From the sequence record KF055347: a DNA stretch of 64,000 nt. One strand, written 5' to 3'. The position numbers were made by a program, and so were the translations under genes. The DNA comes from Escherichia phage JH2. Below, piece by piece: positions 56,193 through 64,000 of the stretch. The notes below the pieces were generated by a model that ran no database searches, had not been told where the DNA came from, and was given only the letters and a program-made list of their open reading frames with translations. The number at the start of each line of letters is the position of its first letter. Position 1 is the first letter of the stretch.

Positions 56193-56583
56193 AGATGTTA
56201 GAGATATCCAAGTCAAGGTGGACACATTTGGTCATGATGGTCGAGAAGACATTGGTTTTGCCGACGCAGTAATATTCAAGTGCAACGGAGATTTATTCCT
56301 TCGTTTTACAGGGTCTGGAAGCACCCTTCATCGAGTGCGAGATGATGAAGATGGCTGCCCTGTATTTGGTTGGTTTGACATGGAGTTTCCTCTTTATGCC
56401 ATCCACTACCCAGATGGTGGAGAAGACTGGACAACTCAATCAATCTTTGATGAGCTTAACGGCATTCCGGTTGAGCAAGAAGAGGAAGAACCTGTTGAAC
56501 TCACCTTCACTTTTATCAAAGAAGAGAAAGTAGGTGAATTGTCCGTCACTGAAGCAATTCAAGTCACACAGGTGATTCGTTAA
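56185..56583 (+). CDS. hypothetical protein
   Basis: 132 aa ORF, GAGAGG RBS, overlapping start/stop. Confidence 0.5.
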   Translation: MNKDVRDIQVKVDTFGHDGREDIGFADAVIFKCNGDLFLRFTGSGSTLHRVRDDEDGCPVFGWFDMEFPLYAIHYPDGGEDWTTQSIFDELNGIPVEQEEEEPVELTFTFIKEEKVGELSVTEAIQVTQVIR

Positions 56584-56876
56584 TGAGTAAAGTACAGGTT
56601 ATTTTCCCAATTTGTGACTTCTCACTAGAGCGTGAACTTGACCTGTACGAAGAAATTACTGACGAAATCATCTGGTCTGTTGTAGAAGAGGCTATCAAGA
56701 AACTGTATGGTGGCCTCTTAAACCCATCAAGTAAGAAGCTCAACACTAAACAAGTAGCTGATACGTACACTTCATATGATGCCTACAACAAACCTTTTGA
56801 GAACACCTGCTTTGACCTTATGGTAGGCAATAACAAAGTCAATTATTTCTTCGTCAGAGAGTTTAACGATGAGTAA
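56583..56876 (+). CDS. hypothetical protein
   Basis: 97 aa ORF coupled to neighbours. Confidence 0.45.
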   Translation: MSKVQVIFPICDFSLERELDLYEEITDEIIWSVVEEAIKKLYGGLLNPSSKKLNTKQVADTYTSYDAYNKPFENTCFDLMVGNNKVNYFFVREFNDE

Positions 56877-57213
56877 GCTCCATGTCACAGTGTACAAAAA
56901 CTTCTCAGACATCAAAGAGTCTTTAACCAATAAACTTGACATGCAACGGAAGAGACTCTTTTTAATGTACGATATCAACAACTATGACCATCCTAAAGAG
57001 TTTAACTACAAAGATGGTACAAAGATTGTCGAATTTGAAGATTCTGTAACGGTGTATGTCAAACACGACTTACCAGCAAAGTATATAGGGATGTTAGAGT
57101 ACTATATATTCAAACATACAGGTATGCGTGGTGAATCTGTTAAGATATCTTCTATAGAAGTTTTTGAGAAACCTAACACACAACTTAAAAAGTATTTAAT
57201 GAGGAAACTGTAA
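56869..57213 (+). CDS. hypothetical protein
   Basis: 114 aa ORF. Confidence 0.45.
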   Translation: MSKLHVTVYKNFSDIKESLTNKLDMQRKRLFLMYDINNYDHPKEFNYKDGTKIVEFEDSVTVYVKHDLPAKYIGMLEYYIFKHTGMRGESVKISSIEVFEKPNTQLKKYLMRKL

Positions 57214-57794
57214 TGTCCGAAGAGCAACAGGATATTATCCCACAAGTAACATTAGTCCAACATTTTGGAAACATTGAAGGGTGTGTTGCACTTTTTCAAC
57301 CAAGTATCAATTCCCCTGCAAAAGTTTGCAAGTTGACTATGAATGTTAATAACATTAGTGTCTGCCTTGTTGATGAAGTCCAGTACTTCAAGTTTAATGA
57401 CAGAGAAGTTGATGCTGCACTTTTGAAGTATCGAGCTAATCTCGAAAAAGACATTGACCATAAAGAACTTGTAACACTGTTCGGTGACCTTCACAAGCTT
57501 CTTGAAAAGGTCATGAAGCGTACATACTACATGAATAATGGTTCAATTATCACCACCCTAATTTCACCGTGTATCTCAGAGCCAATTCTGACCGATGATG
57601 GCGGGTACTATGTTGTAGCATCAGCAGACTCTGACTGGTGGATGAAAAATACAGCACTGAAGACAGTGATTGAAGCTATTCGTGAGCATATCCCTTCATT
57701 CAGCCCGTGGAAAGGCAAAGGTGACGATTTTATCGCACTATTGGGTGAAGAGAGTAACAAGCGTAGCGCATTACTGCCTAAAAAATACTCTTGA
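57213..57794 (+). CDS. hypothetical protein
   Basis: 193 aa ORF, GAGGAAA RBS. Confidence 0.5.
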   Translation: MSEEQQDIIPQVTLVQHFGNIEGCVALFQPSINSPAKVCKLTMNVNNISVCLVDEVQYFKFNDREVDAALLKYRANLEKDIDHKELVTLFGDLHKLLEKVMKRTYYMNNGSIITTLISPCISEPILTDDGGYYVVASADSDWWMKNTALKTVIEAIREHIPSFSPWKGKGDDFIALLGEESNKRSALLPKKYS

Positions 57795-57866
57795 CCAAGT
57801 ATACAATATTAACTATGATGGGAGCTATCGAGAGGTGGTTCCCTTTTTAGTTTCTGGAGAATAGAT

Positions 57867-58412
57867 ATGCCTAAAGTAAAAGAACACGATAAAATTATTT
57901 TGTATGTGAAACAGAACCCTTCGAAGAGTGTTGAGGCTGTTGTGACACATGTTTCGCATACTGGCACAGTTTATTTTCGACCACTGAAGAACTTAGACTT
58001 TGACATAACACAAAACCACACATTTAGTACCTCTGCAAGACTGTGCGCAGGGACTGTATACTCAACTGCTGAGATTGAGTCTTTAGCTTTCACAGGTGCT
58101 TACAAGAACTTTATAGGGATTGCTTTAAAGGACTCTGAAGAATCTTTTAAATTTTTCATGGATGCTGCTAAAGGTGGTCATACACATCTCATGCCAGTAT
58201 TTAAGAAGGCTGACACAGAGCTTACAAGTAAGTGCGAAGAGATTAGTAGTGACCTGAAGGAACTTAAAACATCTGTGCAGAATGCTGTTTACATTATTGA
58301 AAGGAACCACTTAGAAGTTCTTTTCAGAGATATGCTGAAAGCAGGATTTACTCCAAACGAAATTACAAGAGAAACTCAACGTCAGTTCAGAAATGCTATG
58401 GTGAAAGAATGA
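57867..58412 (+). CDS. hypothetical protein
   Basis: 181 aa ORF, GGAGAA RBS. Confidence 0.5.
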   Translation: MPKVKEHDKIILYVKQNPSKSVEAVVTHVSHTGTVYFRPLKNLDFDITQNHTFSTSARLCAGTVYSTAEIESLAFTGAYKNFIGIALKDSEESFKFFMDAAKGGHTHLMPVFKKADTELTSKCEEISSDLKELKTSVQNAVYIIERNHLEVLFRDMLKAGFTPNEITRETQRQFRNAMVKE

Positions 58413-58627
58413 AAAAACTAACTACAGTTGAAGATTACTACAAGCTATCTCTATTAGAACAATATCGTAGAAGTCAGAATATCAGAAAATGCTATGGTAA
58501 ACACGCTGAAGGTGACTTTTACCGTTGCTACGATGCAGATTTAAAAGGTGTAACACCTAGAGGGAAAGTCCTACAAAGACTTGTTGACCTTGAGTGGAAC
58601 AAACGTTTGAGAGAGGTTGGAAAATGA
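58409..58627 (+). CDS. hypothetical protein
   Basis: 72 aa ORF, ATGA overlap with upstream stop. Confidence 0.45.
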   Translation: MKKLTTVEDYYKLSLLEQYRRSQNIRKCYGKHAEGDFYRCYDADLKGVTPRGKVLQRLVDLEWNKRLREVGK

Positions 58628-59127
58628 TTTACGAAGAAAGATACAAAATAGACTACCAAGACACTCGTCATCATACTTCTTTGAGAGTAACCAAACCAAA
58701 TGGAGATACTGGCATCATAGCACATTTCGGTGGTGATTATTGGTACGGTACAGGTTGCTTTGAAGGTTATAGTCAAGAATACTTGAAAGCTTTCTACAGA
58801 GACTTTACAAATGACTACAACAGGGTTGTTGACGAAAAGAATAAGTGCATTAAGCATGAATACCATGCCAGAGGTTGTCTGAGTATTGCTATGATACTGG
58901 TTTTCTTCTTAGCAACATTACTGGCAGTATCAGCAATTAGTTACATAGCTCAAGATTTGACCATTACACAGATTACCGCAAAGGTATATGATGTTTGGTA
59001 CTTGTATGCTGTCCCTTTAGTTGGTATCATCACCTCACTAATGAGATTCAGAGTTCATAAGAAACGACTTAAGGACTCTGAGGTTAAACTTGAAGAGGTA
59101 AGTAAAGAATGCAACCTACAATTATAG
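58624..59127 (+). CDS. hypothetical membrane protein
   Basis: ORF trimmed to MIYEERYK... after GAGAGAGG; two predicted TM segments (LSIAMILVFFLATLLAVSAISYIA; YLYAVPLVGIITSLM). Confidence 0.5.
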   Translation: MIYEERYKIDYQDTRHHTSLRVTKPNGDTGIIAHFGGDYWYGTGCFEGYSQEYLKAFYRDFTNDYNRVVDEKNKCIKHEYHARGCLSIAMILVFFLATLLAVSAISYIAQDLTITQITAKVYDVWYLYAVPLVGIITSLMRFRVHKKRLKDSEVKLEEVSKECNLQL

Positions 59128-59203
59128 CCGTATGTGTTCGTTTTGCAATCGCTGAAATGATTAACAAGGCAATTTTAAAAGATGCCTATGGAGAAACTAA
59201 GTA

Positions 59204-59428
59204 ATGATTAAGACACCTGTACCAATTTTTGGATTCCCTTCTATTGAAGAGTTCAAAGTTTATCTTGACAAAAACTTCTACAATGAGCAGCCTGTTACTC
59301 TGCTGAAGAGTGACCTATCAGAGCTTCTTGATATGATTATCAAGGAAACTTCTGAGAAGGAACCTGAGCAGAAAGCTGAGAAGAAGACTAGTAAGAAATC
59401 TGATAAGAAAACTGAAAAGTCTGAGTAA
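59204..59428 (+). CDS. hypothetical protein
   Basis: 74 aa ORF with Lys/Glu-rich C-terminus; terminator-like hairpin follows. Confidence 0.45.
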   Translation: MIKTPVPIFGFPSIEEFKVYLDKNFYNEQPVTLLKSDLSELLDMIIKETSEKEPEQKAEKKTSKKSDKKTEKSE

Positions 59429-59481
59429 TAACTTGAGGGGCTACTTGATAGCCCCTTTGTAGGAACTTAGAAGGTAGCGAA

Positions 59482-59946
59482 ATGAAAATTAAAGAAGTCG
59501 TTCAAAAAGCAATGCTTAACAATTCAACTAAACATGAAATGTACATAGAGATTTGTGATAAGCTGAATTGTTCAAGACATGCTGCTAAGGTTCTTGTAAG
59601 TTGCTTTATCTGGGAATGCTCAGAAGCTTATATGCAATATGTAGCTTTTGAAAGTTCTAACTTACTAGGTGATGTAGAAGCTGGTGAGAAACTAAAAGAA
59701 CCTGAGATGAAAACAGTTCCTAAAGTTGGTAATGTATACCCTCTTAAAGATTTCAAGACTGGAAAGGTTGTTGCAAAAGGTGTAGTAGAATCTGTTTATC
59801 ACGATGGTAAATACTTACTTAAAATATTTGAGTATGATAGCCACTACACACACTTATGTGGGCTTACATTCTTAGTAACAGAAGAAGACCTCATTAAGAA
59901 CAACAACAACAAGTTTGCAGTACCAGATTACCAAGTTTTACGATAA
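59482..59946 (+). CDS. hypothetical protein
   Basis: 154 aa ORF. Confidence 0.5.
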   Translation: MKIKEVVQKAMLNNSTKHEMYIEICDKLNCSRHAAKVLVSCFIWECSEAYMQYVAFESSNLLGDVEAGEKLKEPEMKTVPKVGNVYPLKDFKTGKVVAKGVVESVYHDGKYLLKIFEYDSHYTHLCGLTFLVTEEDLIKNNNNKFAVPDYQVLR

Positions 59947-59959
59947 TGGTGTGATAGAT

Positions 59960-60508
59960 ATGAAAAAAGATAACTTAAAAGAAGTTGAAGGCAACTACCT
60001 AGTCCTTGACTGGAATGATATTCGGGAAGCACTCTCCGAAGAAAGCCTTGACATACTAGAGCAACTTATCTTCTCAGTACGTCATACCAGAGGTATTGTA
60101 AACGGTAAAGAGCCATTAGAAGGAATCTTTGTAGAGAAGTCTTATCCGTTCTATGAAGACACTTTACAGAAAGTTAAGATGTACTTTAGACAGAAGAACC
60201 GTAAAGTGGTCACTATGGTATCTCTTGGTGGACAGAGTATGTCTGTGATGGAGGATATCAACCCTAAGAGACCAAGTAAAGGTGTCTGTATAAAAATCAC
60301 AGGGCATGAAGAGTATATCTCAGTAGATGACTTTAGTGCATTCTGTAATGGTTCTGCTGTCTTTAATGGGTTCCACTATGATATCCGAGTGTACCCAATC
60401 AAGGGAGATGATATCATGATGCAGATATTTGATAACAACAATGGATTTACTCATTTTTATCAGACAACCAAGTCATCACTGAAGACAGTTCTGGAAACAC
60501 TGATTTAA
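59960..60508 (+). CDS. hypothetical protein
   Basis: ORF trimmed to MKKDNLKEV...; followed by a terminator hairpin. Confidence 0.5.
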   Translation: MKKDNLKEVEGNYLVLDWNDIREALSEESLDILEQLIFSVRHTRGIVNGKEPLEGIFVEKSYPFYEDTLQKVKMYFRQKNRKVVTMVSLGGQSMSVMEDINPKRPSKGVCIKITGHEEYISVDDFSAFCNGSAVFNGFHYDIRVYPIKGDDIMMQIFDNNNGFTHFYQTTKSSLKTVLETLI

Positions 60509-60518
60509 AATATCTTAA

Positions 60519-60551
60519 GAGCCTCCTTAATTGGGGGCTTTTTAATTTTTA
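60519..60551 (+). terminator. rho-independent terminator
   Basis: Hairpin GAGCCTCC-TTAATTG-GGGGCTT followed by TTTTAATTTTT. Confidence 0.6.
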
Positions 60552-62140
60552 TAAAATTTCATCGGTTGTCCCAACCTCTGGGTCACCATCATATGTGAAT
60601 AAAATATCTACCCTTCTTAATAACCTTCTTAAGCTTACTCTCTATATATAGTTATATAGTACTATATAGTATCTTAGTATCTATCTAGTGGTCTTAATAG
60701 CCCCTCTGTATAGCCCTTCTAAACACTCTTCTAACAAGCCTTCTTAACAACCTATACAATCACCTTAACCATCTCTCTACACACTCTTAGAAGCCCCTAT
60801 ACACCTCTTAATCTCTAGGTTACCTGTGTTACTTAACAGTAACCCATCATGTTAGCTATGTTACCCTCTATAGGTGTTCACTAGGTATTACTAAGCCTCT
60901 ATATAGACTGTTTTAACAAACTTAACAGGAATATCTTTACAGACCTTATCTCACAAGGTCTAACACGGTACTAACAAGGTATCTTATAAGCCTGTTTATG
61001 CCTGTATTTTTAGAAGACTGTTTAGGTAATTATTCAGAATTTTAAAATTTTTATAAAATAGGGCTATCAAGTCATTTTTTAGGGTCTTTGAAGGAACTCA
61101 AAAATATCTGTAGAGTTGATTCGGTAGAATCTACCTCATGATGTATATCTGCTTGGTAGCCCTTAACAGCTCCTTAACACCCCCTTTGCAAAATTTTAAA
61201 ATATCATTAACAATCTCTCAACAGTTCTTACAACCTTTTAACATCTCTTCAGAGGTCTTAACAGATTCTTAACAGAACTAACAAGGGTGTAACAAGTTCT
61301 TAACAGTTGATACATAGTCTTTACAGAGTCTTAACAGATGACTAACAATAGCTAACAAGTTAATTTTAAAGAGTTATTTTGTTAAGATAATTAACAAGTT
61401 CCTAACAAGTGTTTAATCTTTTTAACAAGCTGTTAACACGGTCACTATCTCTTTTCTTATCGTTCCCTTTCCCTCTTAGTGATTCTCTAAATAGCCCTCT
61501 TAAAAGCTCTCTATAGCTCCTTGTAAGCTCTTTTAAGCCTCTTCCTAGTAATTACACCCCAACTATGAAGAAAGCTCTTTATAGGGCTTTACAGAGGCTT
61601 TAAAGGCTATGTCAAAGACTCTTACAAGGCTTTTACGTGGTTTTAACAGAGATTTAACAAGGGGCTAACAAGTCTCTAACAAGTGCCTTAAAAACATAAC
61701 TATGTAGGGTTTGTTAAGAAATTGTTAAGAAAATGTTAAGGGGGCTAGCATTTACGTAACTTTTAAGCTACTTCAAAGCAACTTTTAAGCCCCTATAACA
61801 TACTTTTTAGTTACTATCAAGGGGCTTGTTTAGTTATTCACAAGGAACTAACGAGATAATAAAGCTTACACCCTTATAAGATTCTTTTAAGGCTCTAGAA
61901 AGCTTTATAAAGGGCTTTTAAGGGTGAGGTAATGCAATCCCTTAAGTTAGGTTAATAAGGCTGTTATAGGTCTTTATAGAGCGTTTAAATGGTTGCCCTT
62001 CCCTTTCGGGTTATGGGCTTATATTTAAGTTGATTTAATAAAAGGCTATAGAGTAAGCTATAGAGTTATTGCTTTTTAAGGTCTAGTAAGATTCTGGAAA
62101 GGGAAAGGGAAAGGATTGTATAAGGATTGTATAAGACGTA
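60552..62140. repeat. ORF-free, repeat-dense non-coding region (degenerate YTAACAR / CTTTWAAGG motifs, short tandem repeats)
   Basis: No ORF of 60 aa or more on either strand; many copies of CTTAACAG / CTAACAAG / TTAACAAG-like octamers (densest 61200-61450), tandem GGGAAA x3 and GGATTGTATAA x2 at 62098-62141. Confidence 0.6.
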
Positions 62141-62166
62141 AAAAAGCCCCTATTGGAAAGGGGCTG
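62141..62166 (-). terminator. rho-independent terminator ending the early gene array (minus strand)
   Basis: Minus-strand hairpin AGCCCCU-UUCCAAU-AGGGGCU followed by UUUUU; a second hairpin GGGGCUAUUUAGCCCC lies just upstream. Confidence 0.65.
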
Positions 62167-62203
62167 TAAAGGTATCTGGGGCTAAATAGCCCCGTTGCGT
62201 CGA

Positions 62204-62452
62204 TTAGTTATAATCTTGTTTGTTGTAGTACAGGGAGACGATTTTTTCTCCCCAATAGTGATAAGTGTAACCATCTTTAAGAACTTCCTGTTTTGTTTCT
62301 TTCCAGAACTCATCTGAAGGATTATAGTCTTTGATGGTCTGACTGATAAGAACTTTCACCATTTCAAAGGCGTTATCAGTGCCCACAAGGTCGAATTTAA
62401 CATCCAGAGAGTAGAAGCCAAATTCATTAACAGTTGCGCGGATAGTTGCCAT
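62204..62452 (-). CDS. early protein D (hypothetical, 82 aa)
   Basis: ATG 8 nt after AGGAG inside a conserved cassette; the track's longer ORF would read through the 5' hairpin. Confidence 0.55.
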   Translation of the reverse strand: MATIRATVNEFGFYSLDVKFDLVGTDNAFEMVKVLISQTIKDYNPSDEFWKETKQEVLKDGYTYHYWGEKIVSLYYNKQDYN

Positions 62453-62543
62453 TTTCGAATCTCCTAGTTTAAGGATTTTGTTTAGTAGGGAGGTCATCCC
62501 TCCCGTTGATTAGTAATTTACTGCATGTTGGCGTATGTTGCAA
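62453..62543 (-). promoter_or_regulatory. early cassette 1: sigma70-type promoter (TTGCAA - 17 nt - TAAATT) + 5'-UTR hairpin + RBS
   Basis: -35 at plus 62538-62543, -10 at 62515-62520, hairpin GGGAGG-loop-CCUCCC at 62487-62504, AGGAG at 62461-62465; near-identical cassettes precede the next three genes. Confidence 0.55.
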
Positions 62544-62781
62544 GCCTTTTTTCGTTGTATTTTGTAAGAATCTCACAAGATAAAACATCGTAATTTGTAA
62601 CAGCGTTGCCTTTATCGAGGTCAAAGAATCCAAATGTTTTACCATCTTTGAATCCGACAACTTCGTAAGACTCTTTGATGATTTCACCATTGAACAAATC
62701 ACTTTCGATGCGGTGAATTAATGCTACGTTTTCTTTATCGGTTGCAATTTGTAAAAGTGTGGTTAATTCTACGTTTTCCAT
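62518..62781 (-). CDS. early protein C (hypothetical, 87 aa)
   Basis: ATG after conserved CCTTAAACTAGGAG leader. Confidence 0.55.
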   Translation of the reverse strand: MENVELTTLLQIATDKENVALIHRIESDLFNGEIIKESYEVVGFKDGKTFGFFDLDKGNAVTNYDVLSCEILTKYNEKRLATYANMQ

Positions 62782-62872
62782 CTTGATAACTCCTAGTTTA
62801 AGGACTTTACTTAGTGGGGAGGTTATCCCTCCCGTTGATTAGTAATTTACAGATTTTTGATTGTCTCGTCAA
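62782..62872 (-). promoter_or_regulatory. early cassette 2: promoter (TTGACG - 17 nt - TAAATT) + 5'-UTR hairpin + RBS
   Basis: -35 at plus 62867-62872, -10 at 62844-62849, hairpin 62816-62833. Confidence 0.55.
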
Positions 62873-63377
62873 TATCTTTTTCAATATCTTTTAAAGTTTT
62901 TTCTAAGTTCTTGATATTGAATGATAAACCTTCACCGAGAGTCTTAGAGTAACCGCTAGGGCGTAAGTCATGCAGTTCGATTTCTTCCACATTGGATAAG
63001 TTGACCATCCCACCATTTGCAGCATAGGCTATTGACACAGTATTTTCAGGTGCGTTGTAAAACTTGTTTAAGGACTTGATAGAACGTTCATAAGCCATTT
63101 TATAACTGTTTAAAAGGTTTTTAACGTGATTGTGAACGTTTTTACACTCATCTAAGTAAAGCCCTAAAAACATCGGGAGGAGTTCCGCAACGGCTTGCAT
63201 AAAGTGAGAGACTACAACGGTTGCAACATTACGACGATGAATGTAATAAGCCCCATTTTCTGATTTAGTGATGGTTGCAAAGTGTACACCATTACAACGG
63301 AATTCATAGGTGTCTTTAACAGGCTTTGACATAACACTATTTGAGCGGATGTAATTGATGGCTTTGAACTTGTTCAT
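62847..63377 (-). CDS. early protein B (hypothetical, ~176 aa)
   Basis: ATG (MNKFKAINY...) after conserved leader; the stop codon overlaps the -10 of the downstream cassette. Confidence 0.55.
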   Translation of the reverse strand: MNKFKAINYIRSNSVMSKPVKDTYEFRCNGVHFATITKSENGAYYIHRRNVATVVVSHFMQAVAELLPMFLGLYLDECKNVHNHVKNLLNSYKMAYERSIKSLNKFYNAPENTVSIAYAANGGMVNLSNVEEIELHDLRPSGYSKTLGEGLSFNIKNLEKTLKDIEKDIDETIKNL

Positions 63378-63468
63378 TTTTGAATCTCCTAGTTTAAGGA
63401 CTTTACTTAGTGGGGAGGTCATCCCTCCCGTTGATTAGTAATTTACTTGTTTTGATAGCTGATTGCAA
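63378..63468 (-). promoter_or_regulatory. early cassette 3: promoter (TTGCAA - 17 nt - TAAATT) + 5'-UTR hairpin + RBS
   Basis: -35 at plus 63463-63468, -10 at 63440-63445, hairpin 63412-63429. Confidence 0.55.
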
Positions 63469-63597
63469 GCAATTTTTTAAGTTTATCTATAAAGAATCTT
63501 TTAAGTTAATCCCTTTTAGATAAACCCCCTCGAACAAAGTTACCAATGTCAAGAGGGATTGTCAACACTTTTTTAAAAGTTTTTTGTAAGTTATTGA

Positions 63598-63939
63598 TTA
63601 ACTGATGAATATTTTTTCAGGTTTTACATAGCTGATACGCTGACTTTTTAGGAGGTCATCCCAGATTAGCGCGGCAATATGAGAATAGCCGGATTCACGT
63701 AAGAGTTTCATTGCTTTACTTCTCGTTTCGAATCTGGTTGCATAGTACTCACTATTCAAAACAGTTTTATTCCCTTCGTTGTCTGTATGGATAATCTGCA
63801 TTACTTGAAAGGGGCTTGTTTCCTCACCTTTGTTCCATTGCTCAAAGTATTTTAGGCACTGCATAGGTGACATCTTATCGCTTACTTGAGTTGACCAAGA
63901 TGAGCCAGCTTTATCGGTAATTACGGTTACATAAGCCAT
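63598..63939 (-). CDS. early protein A (hypothetical, 113 aa)
   Basis: ATG after conserved leader. Confidence 0.55.
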   Translation of the reverse strand: MAYVTVITDKAGSSWSTQVSDKMSPMQCLKYFEQWNKGEETSPFQVMQIIHTDNEGNKTVLNSEYYATRFETRSKAMKLLRESGYSHIAALIWDDLLKSQRISYVKPEKIFIS

Positions 63940-64000
63940 TTTTGAATCTCCTAGTTTAAGGATTTTACTTAGTGGGGAGGTTATCCCTCCCGTTGATTGA
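63940..64000 (-). promoter_or_regulatory. early cassette 4 (RBS + 5'-UTR hairpin; promoter truncated by window end)
   Basis: Same CTCCTAGTTTAAGGA ... GGGGAGGTTATCCCTCCC element at 63943-63991. Confidence 0.45.

Noticed and set aside
60552-62140. CRISPR array interpretation of the repeat-dense region
   Set aside because: Repeats are short (7-10 bp), degenerate and irregularly spaced; no fixed-length repeat and spacer periodicity and no leader or cas genes.
62453-63468. T7/T3-type single-subunit RNA polymerase promoters in the early cassettes (GGGAGG resembles the GGGAGA start region)
   Set aside because: No phage RNA polymerase gene is in the window, and the conserved elements fit a sigma70 -35 / 17-nt / -10 geometry with a variable spacer; GGGAGG is better explained as a hairpin stem.

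Overview
This window reads as part of an AT-rich, virulent tailed-phage genome with four blocks. (1) 1-21.9 kb: nucleotide-metabolism and replication genes. On the minus strand: NrdB (partial), NrdA, a GIY-YIG endonuclease, a 5'-3' exonuclease, a T7 gp2.5-like SSB, a T7 gp4-like primase-helicase and a T5-like dNMP kinase. On the plus strand: a T7-like family A DNA polymerase split by a group I intron that carries an HNH endonuclease ORF, a run of small ORFs, an ATP-dependent DNA ligase, an HTH regulator, DHFR and thymidylate synthase. (2) 22-45.7 kb, minus strand: a morphogenesis operon with TerL, portal, S49 protease/scaffold, decoration protein, lambda E-like major capsid, neck proteins, tail sheath and tube, chaperone pair, tape measure, baseplate proteins and two tail fibres with HxH-rich tips. 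(3) 45.9-51 kb, minus strand: an array of 27 tRNA genes covering all 20 amino acids, interleaved with structured non-coding elements, next to a Ro60/Rsr-like (TROVE-like + vWA) gene at 51.2-52.6 kb. (4) 53.3-60.5 kb, plus strand: small ORFs and a GH24 endolysin, then a 1.7 kb ORF-free repeat-rich region, then four tandem minus-strand early genes each with its own conserved promoter / 5' hairpin / RBS cassette. The most interesting candidate is a Ro60-like protein gene plus Y RNA-like structured RNAs, one (49954-50084) carrying a circularly permuted tRNA-like module of the YrlA type. All calls rest on reading the sequence and the six-frame translations by eye against remembered family signatures; no database search or folding program was run, and tRNA boundaries are approximate (a few nt).
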